Position numbers and translations under genes: made by a program
Assembly: GCA_963742125.1 (NCBI GenBank)
Contig: CAVUKO010000009.1
Coordinates: 87,328 to 151,327, forward strand
Direction: 5' to 3'
From: an uncultured Actinomycetes bacterium
Lineage (GTDB): Bacteria > Actinomycetota > Thermoleophilia > Solirubrobacterales > Solirubrobacteraceae
Length of the DNA: 64,000 bases
The notes under the pieces: model-generated
The model's input: only the letters and a program-made list of their open reading frames with translations
Databases searched by the model: none
What the model was told of the DNA's origin: nothing
In this document: piece after piece, positions 36,320 through 45,943 of the stretch
Layout of the letters: each line of letters opens with the position of its first letter
Position numbering within the stretch: the first letter of the stretch is position 1

Positions 36320-37821
36320 CGCTGCCGTCCTGGCTGGCCGGGCTGCCCGACCCCGAGCGCATGCGCGCGACCGACCGCTGGGCCATCGAGGAGCTCGGGA
36401 TCCCGGGCCTCGAGCTCATGGAGCGCGCCGGGCGCGGCCTCGCCGACCTCGTCGTCGCCGTTGCCCCCGACGGGCCGATCGCGATCGCCTGCGGCAAGGG
36501 CAACAACGGCGGCGACGGGTACGTCGCCGCGCGGCTGCTGCGCGAGGCGGGGCGCGAGGTCCGCGTGCTGGCGGTCGCGCCTGTGCAGGAGCTGACCGGG
36601 GATGCGCGCGCCAACGCCGAGCGCGTGGACGGCATCGAGCCCTTCGCGGCGCCGCCCCTGCAGGACTGCGCGGTCGTCGTCGACGCGCTGCTCGGCACGG
36701 GCTTCTCGGGCGCTCCACACGGCGCGGTGGCCGACGCGATCGCCGCGCTCAACGCCGCCGGCGTGCCGGTGGTCGCCGCCGACGTCCCCAGCGGGATCGA
36801 TGCCGCCACGGGCGTCGCCGAGGGCGAGGCGATCCGGGCCCGCGCGACGGCCACCTTCGCCACGGCCAAGCCTGGGCTGTGGATCAACCCCGGCAAGTCC
36901 CATGCCGGCAACGTACGCGTGGTGGACATCGGGATCCCCACGGGCGCGCCGGTCGACGAGCCCGACGTGGCGCTCATCGACGACGCTGCGCTGCTCGCGC
37001 TGCTGCCCTCGCGCCGTGCGGGGTGGACGAAGTTCACGAGCGGACACGTCCTCGTCGCCGGCGGCTCGCGCGGCCTCACCGGCGCGCCGTCGCTGGCCGC
37101 GGAGGCCGCCCAGCGCGCGGGCGCCGGCTATGTCACGGCGTGCGTCCCCGCCTCCCAGCAGATCGTCCTGGCCCAGCGGCTGCTGGAGGCGATGACCCGC
37201 GGCCTGCCCGACGACGACGGCGCCCACACCGCCGCCGGCGTCGACGAGGTCATCGAGCTCGCCGCGCGCGGCGGCGCGCTCGTCGTCGGTCCGGGCCTGG
37301 GCCGCAGCGACGGCGCCTTCGCCTTCGCCCGTGAGCTCGTGGCGCGGGCCGAGGTCGCCGTGGTCCTCGACGCCGATGGGCTCAACGCGCACGCGGGCGA
37401 GCTCGGTGCGCTGGCCGGGCGAAAGGCGCCCACGGTCCTCACGCCCCACGAGGGCGAGCTCGCACGCCTGCTCGACGTCGAGTCCTCCGCCGTCCAGGCC
37501 CGGCGCCTGGAGCACGCCCGCGCTGCCGCCGAGCGCTCGCAGGCCATCGTCGTGCTCAAGGGCGACGACACGCTGGTGGCCCAGCCGGGCGGGCTCGTCG
37601 CTGTGAGTCCCGGCGCGACGGGCGCGCTGGCCACGGCCGGTACCGGTGACGTGCTCAGCGGCGTCCTCGCCGCCGTCCTCGCGCGTGACGTCGATCCCTT
37701 CATGGCCGCCTGTGCCGGCGTGCGCCTGCACGCACGTGCGGGGATCCACGCCGCCCACGAGAAGGGCGTCGACGGCGTCATCGCGCGCGACGTGATCGAG
37801 GCGCTGCCCTTCGCGCGCTAG
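36316..37821 (+). CDS. nnr: bifunctional NAD(P)H-hydrate repair enzyme (epimerase/dehydratase)
   Basis: GTGA overlap with acpS. GKGNNGGDG (YjeF-N) and GTGDVLSG (carbohydrate kinase) motifs. Confidence 0.85.
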   Translation: MTLPSWLAGLPDPERMRATDRWAIEELGIPGLELMERAGRGLADLVVAVAPDGPIAIACGKGNNGGDGYVAARLLREAGREVRVLAVAPVQELTGDARANAERVDGIEPFAAPPLQDCAVVVDALLGTGFSGAPHGAVADAIAALNAAGVPVVAADVPSGIDAATGVAEGEAIRARATATFATAKPGLWINPGKSHAGNVRVVDIGIPTGAPVDEPDVALIDDAALLALLPSRRAGWTKFTSGHVLVAGGSRGLTGAPSLAAEAAQRAGAGYVTACVPASQQIVLAQRLLEAMTRGLPDDDGAHTAAGVDEVIELAARGGALVVGPGLGRSDGAFAFARELVARAEVAVVLDADGLNAHAGELGALAGRKAPTVLTPHEGELARLLDVESSAVQARRLEHARAAAERSQAIVVLKGDDTLVAQPGGLVAVSPGATGALATAGTGDVLSGVLAAVLARDVDPFMAACAGVRLHARAGIHAAHEKGVDGVIARDVIEALPFAR

Positions 37822-37833
37822 CGTCTGGTCCTC

Positions 37834-38478
37834 ATGCAAGTCGAGATCTGGTCAGACATCGCCTGTCCCTGGTGCTACGTCGGCAAGCGCCGCTTCGAGG
37901 CGGCGCTCGCCGCCTACGAGCACCGCGACGAGGTCACCGTCACGTGGCGCAGCTTCGAGCTCGATCCGCAGGCGCCGGTCGCGCGCTCGGTCGACAGCGC
38001 CACGCACCTGGCGGAGAAGTACGGCATGACCCGCGAGCAGGCGCAGGCGAGCCAGAGCAAGCTCGCCGAGGTCGCGGCGGCCGACGGTCTCGACATGCGC
38101 TTCGACCTCGCGCGCGGCGGCAACACCTTCGATGCCCACCGGCTCGTGCACCTCGCCGAGGCCCACGGCCTCCAGGACGCGATGACCGAGCGCCTGATGC
38201 GCGCGTACTTCACCGAGGGCGAGCCCATCGGCGACGCGGACGCGCTCACCCGGGTCGCCGTCGAGGTCGGCCTGGCCGAGGACGAAGTGCGCGACGTCCT
38301 CGCCGGCACGCGCTACGCGGCCGAGGTCCGCGAGGACGAGCGCACCGCGATGTCGCTCGGAATCCACGCCGTCCCCTTCATCGCCGTCGATCGCAGGATC
38401 GGCGCGGCGGGCGCCCGCCCGCCCGAGGCCCTCGGCGAGCTGCTGCGACAGGCGAGGACGGCTGAGGTGCGCTCATGA
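37834..38478 (+). CDS. DsbA/FrnE-like thioredoxin-fold oxidoreductase
   Basis: CPWC active site and DsbA-family length. Confidence 0.8.
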   Translation: MQVEIWSDIACPWCYVGKRRFEAALAAYEHRDEVTVTWRSFELDPQAPVARSVDSATHLAEKYGMTREQAQASQSKLAEVAAADGLDMRFDLARGGNTFDAHRLVHLAEAHGLQDAMTERLMRAYFTEGEPIGDADALTRVAVEVGLAEDEVRDVLAGTRYAAEVREDERTAMSLGIHAVPFIAVDRRIGAAGARPPEALGELLRQARTAEVRS

Positions 38479-38762
38479 AGCAGGTCGCCTACATCACCCA
38501 GGGCCACTCCGACTACGACGAGCGGCTGCGCGCTGTCCTCGACGCCTCGGGCATCGATCCCGAGGAGTTCCTGGGGCTCGAGTACTTCTCGCTCACGCCG
38601 TTCTTCGTGCTCGCCGGAGCCACGGTCGCCGCCGAGGCGCACGCGCACGGCACCGAGGTGCACGTCAGCGGGGTCCGCGTCACGGTCTCCGAGGACCTCG
38701 AGGACGCGTTCCTCACGACGCTGCCCGAGCTGCTCGAGGACGCCTACACCGACGAGGAATGA
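38475..38762 (+). CDS. hypothetical acidic protein (95 aa)
   Basis: ATGA overlaps on both sides imply co-translation with its neighbours. No recognisable motif. Confidence 0.55.
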   Translation: MKQVAYITQGHSDYDERLRAVLDASGIDPEEFLGLEYFSLTPFFVLAGATVAAEAHAHGTEVHVSGVRVTVSEDLEDAFLTTLPELLEDAYTDEE

Positions 38763-39292
38763 TGGTCGAGGCCGAGGCGCGCGTCTGCCCGCACTGCGGC
38801 GAGCCGCCCGGCGAGGGCGTCTTCTGCGCCGCGTGCGGGCGCAACCTCGCGGCGATCGACCGCCTCCCGACGCGGGCGGAGTGGGAGATCGAGCGCACGC
38901 AGGACGACCGCCCGCTGGCCGACCGCTGCGCCGAGGCGACCGCGGCCTTCCTCAGCGCGATGCATGCCGCCGGCGACCCGGGCACGAAGACAACGGCGAT
39001 GTCCGGGGGCTCGGGCTTCCGCCGGCGCAAGCGGGTCGAGGGGTGGATCGTCCGCGCCGTCGATCGCGACGAGCACCTGCCGCCCAAGCGCTATGAGTCG
39101 GGCCTCGTCCTCAGCGTCGAGGGCGCGTTCCACACCCTCGACAACGAGGTCAGGGGCTACGGGACGCGCGACTTCCCCGCGTACGAGCACACGGTCTCGC
39201 CGGAGGTCGTCGAGATGCCGGTCGAGGCGCGGCTCATCGCCGAGCTCGGCGCCGTGCTCGCCGCCAACGGCCTCAGCGAATCGATCATCTAG
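38759..39292 (+). CDS. zinc-ribbon domain protein (177 aa)
   Basis: CPHCG...FCAACG N-terminal zinc ribbon. The rest is uncharacterised. Confidence 0.6.
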   Translation: MMVEAEARVCPHCGEPPGEGVFCAACGRNLAAIDRLPTRAEWEIERTQDDRPLADRCAEATAAFLSAMHAAGDPGTKTTAMSGGSGFRRRKRVEGWIVRAVDRDEHLPPKRYESGLVLSVEGAFHTLDNEVRGYGTRDFPAYEHTVSPEVVEMPVEARLIAELGAVLAANGLSESII

Positions 39293-39310
39293 TCCGTTAC
39301 CGTCTCGTCC

Positions 39311-40051
39311 GTGACGGGTCTGAGCCTGCAGTGCGCGGCGCGCACCGACGTCGGCCGGCGCGCCAACAACGAGGACGCGGTCTTCGCGAGCCCGCGGCTG
39401 GCGGCGGTGGCCGATGGCGTGGGCGGTGCCGCGGCGGGCGAGGTGGCGAGCCGGACGCTGATCAACGCCCTGGTCCACGTCGACAGGTGCCGGCTGCAGG
39501 GGCGCCTGGAGGATGCGCTCGCCACGGGCATCGCGTGGGGCAACGAGACGATCGGCTTCATCGCCCGGTGCCGCCCCGCGATGGCTGGGATGAGCACGAC
39601 GGTCACCGCCGTCGCGCTCGGCGACGACGGCTGCGTGGTGGCCAACGTGGGCGACTCGCGGACCTACCTGCTGAGAGACGGCGCGCTGACCCAGCTCACC
39701 CACGACGACTCGTGGGTGCAGCTCATGATCGACAGCGGCGAGCTCACGCCCGAAGCCGCCCGCGATCATCCGCAGCGCTCGCTCGTCCTGGCCGCCCTCG
39801 ACGGCGAGCCCGATCGCGCGCCCGCCCTGACGACCTTCGAGGCCCGCCCGGGCGATCGCCTGCTGCTCTGCTCCGACGGACTGTCCGACGTGGTCGACGA
39901 CGCGACGATCGAGGCGACGCTGCGCATCGCCGCGCGCGCGCAATGCGCGGAGCGGCTCGTCGAGCTCGCGCTCGCCGGCGGGGGCCGCGACAACGTCTCC
40001 GTGGTCGTCGCCGACGTCACAGCGCGCGACGACCCGAGCACGGCCTGGTAG
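39311..40051 (+). CDS. PP2C-family Ser/Thr protein phosphatase
   Basis: RRANNEDA, VADGVGG, SDG and GGRDNVSVVV motifs. Confidence 0.85.
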   Translation: MTGLSLQCAARTDVGRRANNEDAVFASPRLAAVADGVGGAAAGEVASRTLINALVHVDRCRLQGRLEDALATGIAWGNETIGFIARCRPAMAGMSTTVTAVALGDDGCVVANVGDSRTYLLRDGALTQLTHDDSWVQLMIDSGELTPEAARDHPQRSLVLAALDGEPDRAPALTTFEARPGDRLLLCSDGLSDVVDDATIEATLRIAARAQCAERLVELALAGGGRDNVSVVVADVTARDDPSTAW

Positions 40052-40159
40052 GGCCCCGCTCTAGACTCCGGCACGGTAGATGGCCCTGACCGTGCGCGAC
40101 ATCTTGGACGCTGAGCCCGTCTCGGTCGACGTCCTCGAGGCGCTCACACGCGATCAGCA

Positions 40160-41269
40160 GTGAGCCCGCTGCGGGCGCTGGCCCGGGTCAACGTCGCCGC
40201 GATCGAGCGCAACGTCGTCCGCCTGCGCCGCGAGCTGCGGCCCGGGAGCGAGCTGTGCGCGGTGGTGAAGGCCGACGGCTATGGCCACGGGGCGCTGGCC
40301 GCCGCCCGCGCGGCGCTGGCCGGCGGCGCCACGTGGCTCGCGGTGGCGACCGCGAACGAGGCGACAGCGCTGCGCGGCGCCGGCGTCGAGGGGCCGCTGC
40401 TCGTGCTCGGCGCGCTGAGCCCCGAGGAGCTGGACGCCGCGCTGAGCGCCGGCGCCGACGTCGTGGCCTGGCGCGAGGCGTTCGTCGACGCGGTGGCCGC
40501 ACGCGGCGGCGGGCGCGTACACGTCAAGCTCGACACCGGGATGGGGCGCCTGGGCACGCGCGACCCCGAGGAGGCGACGCGGGTCGCGCAGGCGGCCGCC
40601 GCGAGCGCGCCCGTGCAGCTCGTCGGCGCCATGACGCACTTCGCCACCGCCGACGAGCGCGGCGACGACTTCTTCGGCGAGCAGCTCGCGCGCTTCGAGG
40701 CCTGGGCGAGGCCCCTGCGCGAGCGCCATCCGGGCCTGATCCTGCACGCGGCCAACTCCGCAGGGCTGCTGCGCGACGGCGAGAGCCACTTCGATCTGGT
40801 CCGTGCCGGCGTGGCGATCTACGGCCTGGACCCGTTCCAGGAGGATGCCGGCGCCCGCGAGCTCGAGCCCGCCATGGAGCTGGCCAGCTACGTGGCCGAG
40901 ATCAAGCCCTGCGCGGCGGGCCAGAGCGCGGGCTACGGCCGGCGCTTCGTGGCCGCGGACGACACCGTGCTCGCCACCGTGCCGATCGGGTACGGCGACG
41001 GGGTGAGCCGCGGGCTGACCAACAACGCCGAGCTGCTGGTCGGCGGCACGCGCTTCGCGCTGGTCGGCACGGTGTCCATGGACAACGTCACCCTCGACCT
41101 GGGCCCTGGGGGCGGCGGCGTCCAGACCGGCGACGAGGCGCTGCTGATCGCCGAGGGCCTCCCGGCCGAGGCGATGGCGCAGCGGCTGGGGACCATCAAC
41201 TACGAGGTCACATGTGCCCTGACGGCGCGCGTGCCGCGAGAGCACCACCGCGACGGGACGCCGCTGTGA
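40160..41269 (+). CDS. alr: alanine racemase
   Basis: VVKADGYGHG carrying the PLP lysine, and typical length. Confidence 0.9.
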   Translation: MSPLRALARVNVAAIERNVVRLRRELRPGSELCAVVKADGYGHGALAAARAALAGGATWLAVATANEATALRGAGVEGPLLVLGALSPEELDAALSAGADVVAWREAFVDAVAARGGGRVHVKLDTGMGRLGTRDPEEATRVAQAAAASAPVQLVGAMTHFATADERGDDFFGEQLARFEAWARPLRERHPGLILHAANSAGLLRDGESHFDLVRAGVAIYGLDPFQEDAGARELEPAMELASYVAEIKPCAAGQSAGYGRRFVAADDTVLATVPIGYGDGVSRGLTNNAELLVGGTRFALVGTVSMDNVTLDLGPGGGGVQTGDEALLIAEGLPAEAMAQRLGTINYEVTCALTARVPREHHRDGTPL

Positions 41270-42657
41270 TCGAGATGCTGCGCGAGGCGCTGGCGGGGGA
41301 GCGCGCGTGGCTCGTCGGGGGCGCGCTGCGCGACCGGCTGCTGGGCCGTCCGACGCCCGACCTCGACGTCGTCGTGGACGGCGACGTGCGCCGCGCCGCG
41401 CGCAGCCTCGGGCGCGGGGCCGGTGGCGCCTCGTTCGAGCTCTCCGACCAGTTCGGCGCCTGGCGCGTCGTCGCCCGCGATCGCAGCTGGCAGGTCGACA
41501 TCACCCCGCTGCAGGGCGGCTCGCTGGAGGCTGACCTCGCCGCCCGCGACCTGACGGTCAACGCGATGGCCGAGCCGCTGGGCGGCGGCGAGCTCGTCGA
41601 TCCCCACGGAGGGGCGAGCGACCTCGACCACAAGCGGCTGCGGATGGTCAGCGCCGACGCGTTCGTGGCCGATCCGCTGCGCACGCTGCGCGTCGCGCGC
41701 CTGGCCACCGAGCTCGGCTTCGAGATCGACCCCGAAACGGCGACCGCGGTCCGCGCGCATGCGCCGGGGTTGGCGGGCACCGCCCAGGAGCGCGTCTTCA
41801 CCGAGCTGCGCCGCGTCGTGACCGCCGACGCGGCCGTCCGCGGGCTCGGCCTCATGGACGAGCTCGACCTCGTCGCGGCGGTCCTGCCCGAGCTGGCCGC
41901 CCTGCGCGGCGTCGAGCAGAACCCGTACCACCACCTCGACGTCCACGGGCACACGCTCGAGGTCCTGCAGGCCAGCATCGATCTCGAGCGCGATCCCGCC
42001 GCTGCGCTCGGCGACGAGGCGCTGGCCGCGCCGGTGCGCGCCCTGCTGGCCGAGCCGCTGGCCGACGAGCTGACCCGCGGCGGCGGGCTGCGCTTCGGCG
42101 CTCTGCTGCACGACATCGCCAAGCCGCGCACCCGCACCGAGCTGCCCGACGGTCGCATCGGCTTCCCCCACCACGACGAGCAGGGGGCGGAGATGGCGCG
42201 CGCCGCGCTGGTCCGCTTGCGCGCCAGCGAGCGGCTGCGCTCGCACGTGGCGGCGCTCACGCGCCATCACCTGCGCCTCGGGTTCCTGGTCCACGATATG
42301 CCCCTGGACCGCCACGAGCTCTACCGCTATCTGCTGAAGACCGAGCCGGTCGAGGCCGACGTGACGCTGCTCAGCGTCGCGGATCGGCTGGCGACGCGCG
42401 GGCGCAAGGCCGAGCAGGCGATCGCGCTGCACCTCGCGCTGGCCCGCGAGGTGCTGGCCGAGGCGCTGGCGCGGCGTGCCGCGGGCCCACAGCCGCCGCT
42501 CGTGCGCGGCGACGAGCTGGCGGCCGCGCTGGGCATCGCCCGCGGCCCCGAGCTGGGGGAGCTGATGACGCGGATCGCCGAGGCCCGCTTCGCGGGCGAG
42601 GTCTCCACGCGCGAGGAGGCGCTCGCGCTGGCTAAGGCAGCGCGGGGCGCGCGCTGA
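41266..42657 (+). CDS. cca: CCA-adding tRNA nucleotidyltransferase / poly(A) polymerase family with HD domain
   Basis: GTGA overlap with alr. Motifs are GGALRDRLLG and DLDV, with an HD region (LLHDIAKP). Confidence 0.8.
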   Translation: MIEMLREALAGERAWLVGGALRDRLLGRPTPDLDVVVDGDVRRAARSLGRGAGGASFELSDQFGAWRVVARDRSWQVDITPLQGGSLEADLAARDLTVNAMAEPLGGGELVDPHGGASDLDHKRLRMVSADAFVADPLRTLRVARLATELGFEIDPETATAVRAHAPGLAGTAQERVFTELRRVVTADAAVRGLGLMDELDLVAAVLPELAALRGVEQNPYHHLDVHGHTLEVLQASIDLERDPAAALGDEALAAPVRALLAEPLADELTRGGGLRFGALLHDIAKPRTRTELPDGRIGFPHHDEQGAEMARAALVRLRASERLRSHVAALTRHHLRLGFLVHDMPLDRHELYRYLLKTEPVEADVTLLSVADRLATRGRKAEQAIALHLALAREVLAEALARRAAGPQPPLVRGDELAAALGIARGPELGELMTRIAEARFAGEVSTREEALALAKAARGAR

Positions 42658-43042
42658 CCCACGCCAGCGCGTCGTCGTCGGAGAAGAACGAGCACGCGCG
42701 CACGATCCGCCCGGAGCGGAACTCCGCCACGCACGTCAGCACGCTGTCGACGACCTGCTCGTCGCCGTAGTCGAAGGCTGCGATCCGGCCGGACGCCACG
42801 ACGCAGCCGTCCACCTCGCGCTGCTCGTCGAGCACGACGGTGACGCTCTTCCACGCCTGCGTCACGGCGACGGCCCACGTGCGCACGCCGTCGTGGCCGT
42901 GATAGGAGGCAGGCCCGACCAGGAGGGGACGCCACTCGATGGCCGGGTCGAGGTGCTCGAGGATCTCCGGCCCGCGGCCGGCGGCGTAGAGCTCCCACAC
43001 CCGTTCGAAGACGTCGCTGTTGGAGTGCGTCTGCACGGCCAT
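42632..43042 (-). CDS. small NTF2/SnoaL-like fold protein (tentative)
   Basis: 136 aa. It is a paralogue of the adjacent gene (shared YxGHDGVR...AWKS...V...G...AFD pattern). The fold assignment is a guess. Confidence 0.55.
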   Translation of the reverse strand: MAVQTHSNSDVFERVWELYAAGRGPEILEHLDPAIEWRPLLVGPASYHGHDGVRTWAVAVTQAWKSVTVVLDEQREVDGCVVASGRIAAFDYGDEQVVDSVLTCVAEFRSGRIVRACSFFSDDDALAWVSARPALP

Positions 43043-43456
43043 CTAGTCGGCCCCCTGGCGAGCTTCTGCAGCGGCCGCGAGCGCCTCGGCGCGTGCGGAG
43101 TAGGACGTCACACGCTGCAGACGGCCGTTGGAGAACGCCGCCATCCACACGAGCGGCGCGTCATATAGGCGTGCGCCCGCATGATCGAAGGCGGTCACGT
43201 GGCCGATGACGACGATGGTCTGCGGGTCGACCTCGATGACCTCGTCGGAGGTGAGCGTGGCGCTCTTCCAGGCTCGCCGGAAGTCGACCATCCCCGCGCG
43301 GACGCCGTCGTGGCCGCGATAGACGCGGTCGGTGACCGACACGCGCAACTCGCAGTCGGGATCGATGAGATGGAGCGCGTCGTCGAGCCGTCCTTGGCCG
43401 TACGCCTCCCATAGGCGGCTGAAGACCGCCCTGCTGGACCTCCTGGAGCCCCCCAA
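43043..43456 (-). CDS. small NTF2/SnoaL-like fold protein (tentative), tandem paralogue
   Basis: 137 aa, with the same pattern as 42632..43042. Confidence 0.55.
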   Translation of the reverse strand: MGGSRRSSRAVFSRLWEAYGQGRLDDALHLIDPDCELRVSVTDRVYRGHDGVRAGMVDFRRAWKSATLTSDEVIEVDPQTIVVIGHVTAFDHAGARLYDAPLVWMAAFSNGRLQRVTSYSARAEALAAAAEARQGAD

Positions 43457-43497
43457 GGTCCATGCATCCTACTTCCGGTGTGGTGATATGCCACCCG

Positions 43498-44704
43498 TCA
43501 TAGGGCCAGGTTTCGCACAACCTCGTGGCACAAAGCGACGGCATCCTCCGTCGTCGAGAAGTCGACGTTGTCGGGTACGTCGGTGGGCCAGTGGTAGTTG
43601 TCGGGCAGCTTGTAGCTGGTTGACCGAGCCGAGCATGACGGTGGGATAGCCGGCGCGCCGGGCGATCAGGGCGTCGGTCGCGTTGCGAAAGCGCAGGCCG
43701 CGGCGCAGGTGCACGCCGGCGCGGCGCGCGCACTGCGCCACGACCTCGCGGAACGCCGCGGGGTAGTCGTGCATGCGCAGCATGCCCTCGCCCTCGAGCA
43801 TGACGAGCTCCGGCGAGCCGACGGTGTCGACGCAGATCACGTGCGTCCGATCGATCGGGAGCGTGGCGAAATGGCGCCGCGCAAAGGCCTGCATGCCCTC
43901 CATGAAGGACTCCTCGCTGCCGGTGGAGACCAGCAGCACGCGCACGCCCGCGACCGGCTCCTGCGCCAGGCGGCGCGCCAGTCCGGCGAGGGTGGCCACG
44001 CCGGTGAGGTTGTCGTTGGCGCCCGGCACCACGGCGCGCGCCCCGATCTCGGCGAATGCGCCCGCCGAGGCCAGCGCCAGCGCGGTGCCGGCGACGCGAA
44101 CGCGGCGCGCGCGCAGCAGCGCGCCGGCGGCGACGAGCAGCGGGCCGCCGATGACCGGCCACATCAGCGGCGGAGTCGTGTCGGTGCGCTCGAGGAGGCC
44201 CGGGAAGTGCTTGCCGACGAAGGCGCTCGGAGCGGGGGAGAAGAGCACCGACGTATGCGCCGCGTCGTGGTGGGCGACGACCACGAGCGTGCGCTCCGCG
44301 TCGCGATCGCCGGCCTGCGCGACGACGTTCCACGTCGGGCGCGAGGGGAGCAGGCGACGGCGAAACCACTGCCGCCCGCCGGTGATGTCGTCGGCGACGG
44401 CCGCCGCGGCGAAGCCACCAGCGGCCAGCGCCGGGACGCGGCGCCCGGTCAGCCCGGCGGCGCCGGCGAGCGCGCAGAGCAACCCCATCGGCCACCAGTA
44501 GGTCCCGTGCGCGCGCTCCTGCTCCACGCGGGCGTCGCAGCCGTGCTCGCCCAGGCGCCGGGCGATCCACTCGGCCGCGCGGCGCTCGCCGTCGGAGGCC
44601 GAAGGCCGCTCGAACGAGGCGAGGTGACGCACCACGTCCTCGAGCTCGGCGCGCATGGTGGCGTCGGCGGTCACGGCCATGGGCGGGCCACGATATAGGC
44701 TCAT
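43498..44704 (-). pseudogene. M28-family aminopeptidase-like membrane protein, +1 frameshift at about 43618
   Basis: After ...GYPTVMLGSVN the conserved SYKLPDNYHWPTDVPDNVDF...RNLAL continues one base out of frame and stops at 43498-43500. The start may be ATG 44680. Confidence 0.7.
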
Positions 44705-44709
44705 CGGCC

Positions 44710-45126
44710 ATGGCCGACCGCGATCCCGACTGCCTGTTCTGCAAGATCGTCGCCGGGGAGCTGCCGGCGACGATCGTCGCCGAAGACGAGCGCACCGTCT
44801 CGTTCATGGACATCAACCCGGCCACCCGCGGGCACGCGCTCGTCGTCCCGCGCGAGCACGCCGCCGACCTGCTCGCCGTCGGCGACGAGGACCTGTCAGC
44901 GTGCGCGGCTGCCGCGCGGCGCCTCGCCGCGCGCGCCACCGATGCGCTCGGCGCCGACGGGGTGAACCTCCTGAACTCCTGCGGCTCCGACGCGTGGCAG
45001 ACGGTCTTCCACTTCCATCTCCACGTCATCCCGCGCTACCGCGACGACCCGCTGCGGCTGCCGTGGGTGCCGGGCCCGGGCGACGCCGACGAGATCGCCG
45101 CCGCGGGCGCGGCGCTGCGCGCCTGA
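44710..45126 (+). CDS. HIT (histidine triad) family protein
   Basis: CLFCKI and HFHLHVIP motifs. Confidence 0.85.
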   Translation: MADRDPDCLFCKIVAGELPATIVAEDERTVSFMDINPATRGHALVVPREHAADLLAVGDEDLSACAAAARRLAARATDALGADGVNLLNSCGSDAWQTVFHFHLHVIPRYRDDPLRLPWVPGPGDADEIAAAGAALRA

Positions 45127-45902
45127 TGGGCGAGCCGGTATCCCTCGAGCGGGAGGGCGCGCTCGCGACGCTGACCTTCGACGCGCCGCCGCTGAACCTC
45201 TTCGACGCCGCGATGATCGCGGCCCTGCAGGCGGCCGTCGCCGACGTCGCGGCCGACCCGCCGCGCGGCCTGCTCGTGCGCGCCGAGGGGCGCGTGGTGA
45301 GCGGCGGGGTCGACGTGCACCTCTTCGACGGCCTCACGCCGCAGGCGGCCGGCGAGCTGTGGACCGAGCTGCTCGCGATGATCCACACCGTCGAGGAGCT
45401 GCCCTTCCCGACCGTCTTCGCGGCTCACGCCCTGTGCCTGACCGCGGCGTTCGAGCTCTCGCTGGCCTGCGACCTGCTGCTGGCGGCGCAGTCGGCGCGC
45501 TTCGGCCTGGTCGAGACCGTGGTGGGCCTCACGCCCGCCATGGGGGGCACGCAGCGGCTGGCCGAGCGGGCCGGGCCCGCCCGCGCCCGCGAGCTGGTCA
45601 TGACGGGCGCGCTCTACGACGCCGCCACGCTCGAGCGCTGGAACGTCGTCAATCGGGTGCTCCCCGACGACGGCTTCGACGCGGCCGCGCGGAGCTTCGC
45701 GCGCGCGCTCGCGGACGGGCCGACCCGCGCGCACGCGGCGACCAAGGCGATCGTCCGCGCGCAGGTGCAGGGCGGCGTGCGAGAGGCCGATGCGCGCGTC
45801 CCCGAGCTGGCCGGCGGCCTCTTCGCCACCGAGGACCTCAAGGGTGCGGTGCGCTCGTTTCTGGAGCACGGTCCCGGCCACGCGGCCTACGAGGGCCGCT
45901 GA
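45126..45902 (+). CDS. enoyl-CoA hydratase/isomerase (crotonase) family protein
   Basis: The ATG overlaps the HIT stop by 1 nt. Crotonase-fold pattern (GGVDV...TPAMGGTQRL). Confidence 0.8.
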   Translation: MGEPVSLEREGALATLTFDAPPLNLFDAAMIAALQAAVADVAADPPRGLLVRAEGRVVSGGVDVHLFDGLTPQAAGELWTELLAMIHTVEELPFPTVFAAHALCLTAAFELSLACDLLLAAQSARFGLVETVVGLTPAMGGTQRLAERAGPARARELVMTGALYDAATLERWNVVNRVLPDDGFDAAARSFARALADGPTRAHAATKAIVRAQVQGGVREADARVPELAGGLFATEDLKGAVRSFLEHGPGHAAYEGR

Positions 45903-45943
45903 GAGGGCTCTTGCACCTGGCGTTTCCGGCGGCCCGAGCCGTC

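Noticed and set aside
44655-45902. 415-aa ORF suggesting a HIT-crotonase fusion
   Set aside because: The 5' part is out of frame with the HIT gene and translates to Arg/Pro-rich nonsense. The real crotonase starts at ATG 45126, overlapping the HIT stop.
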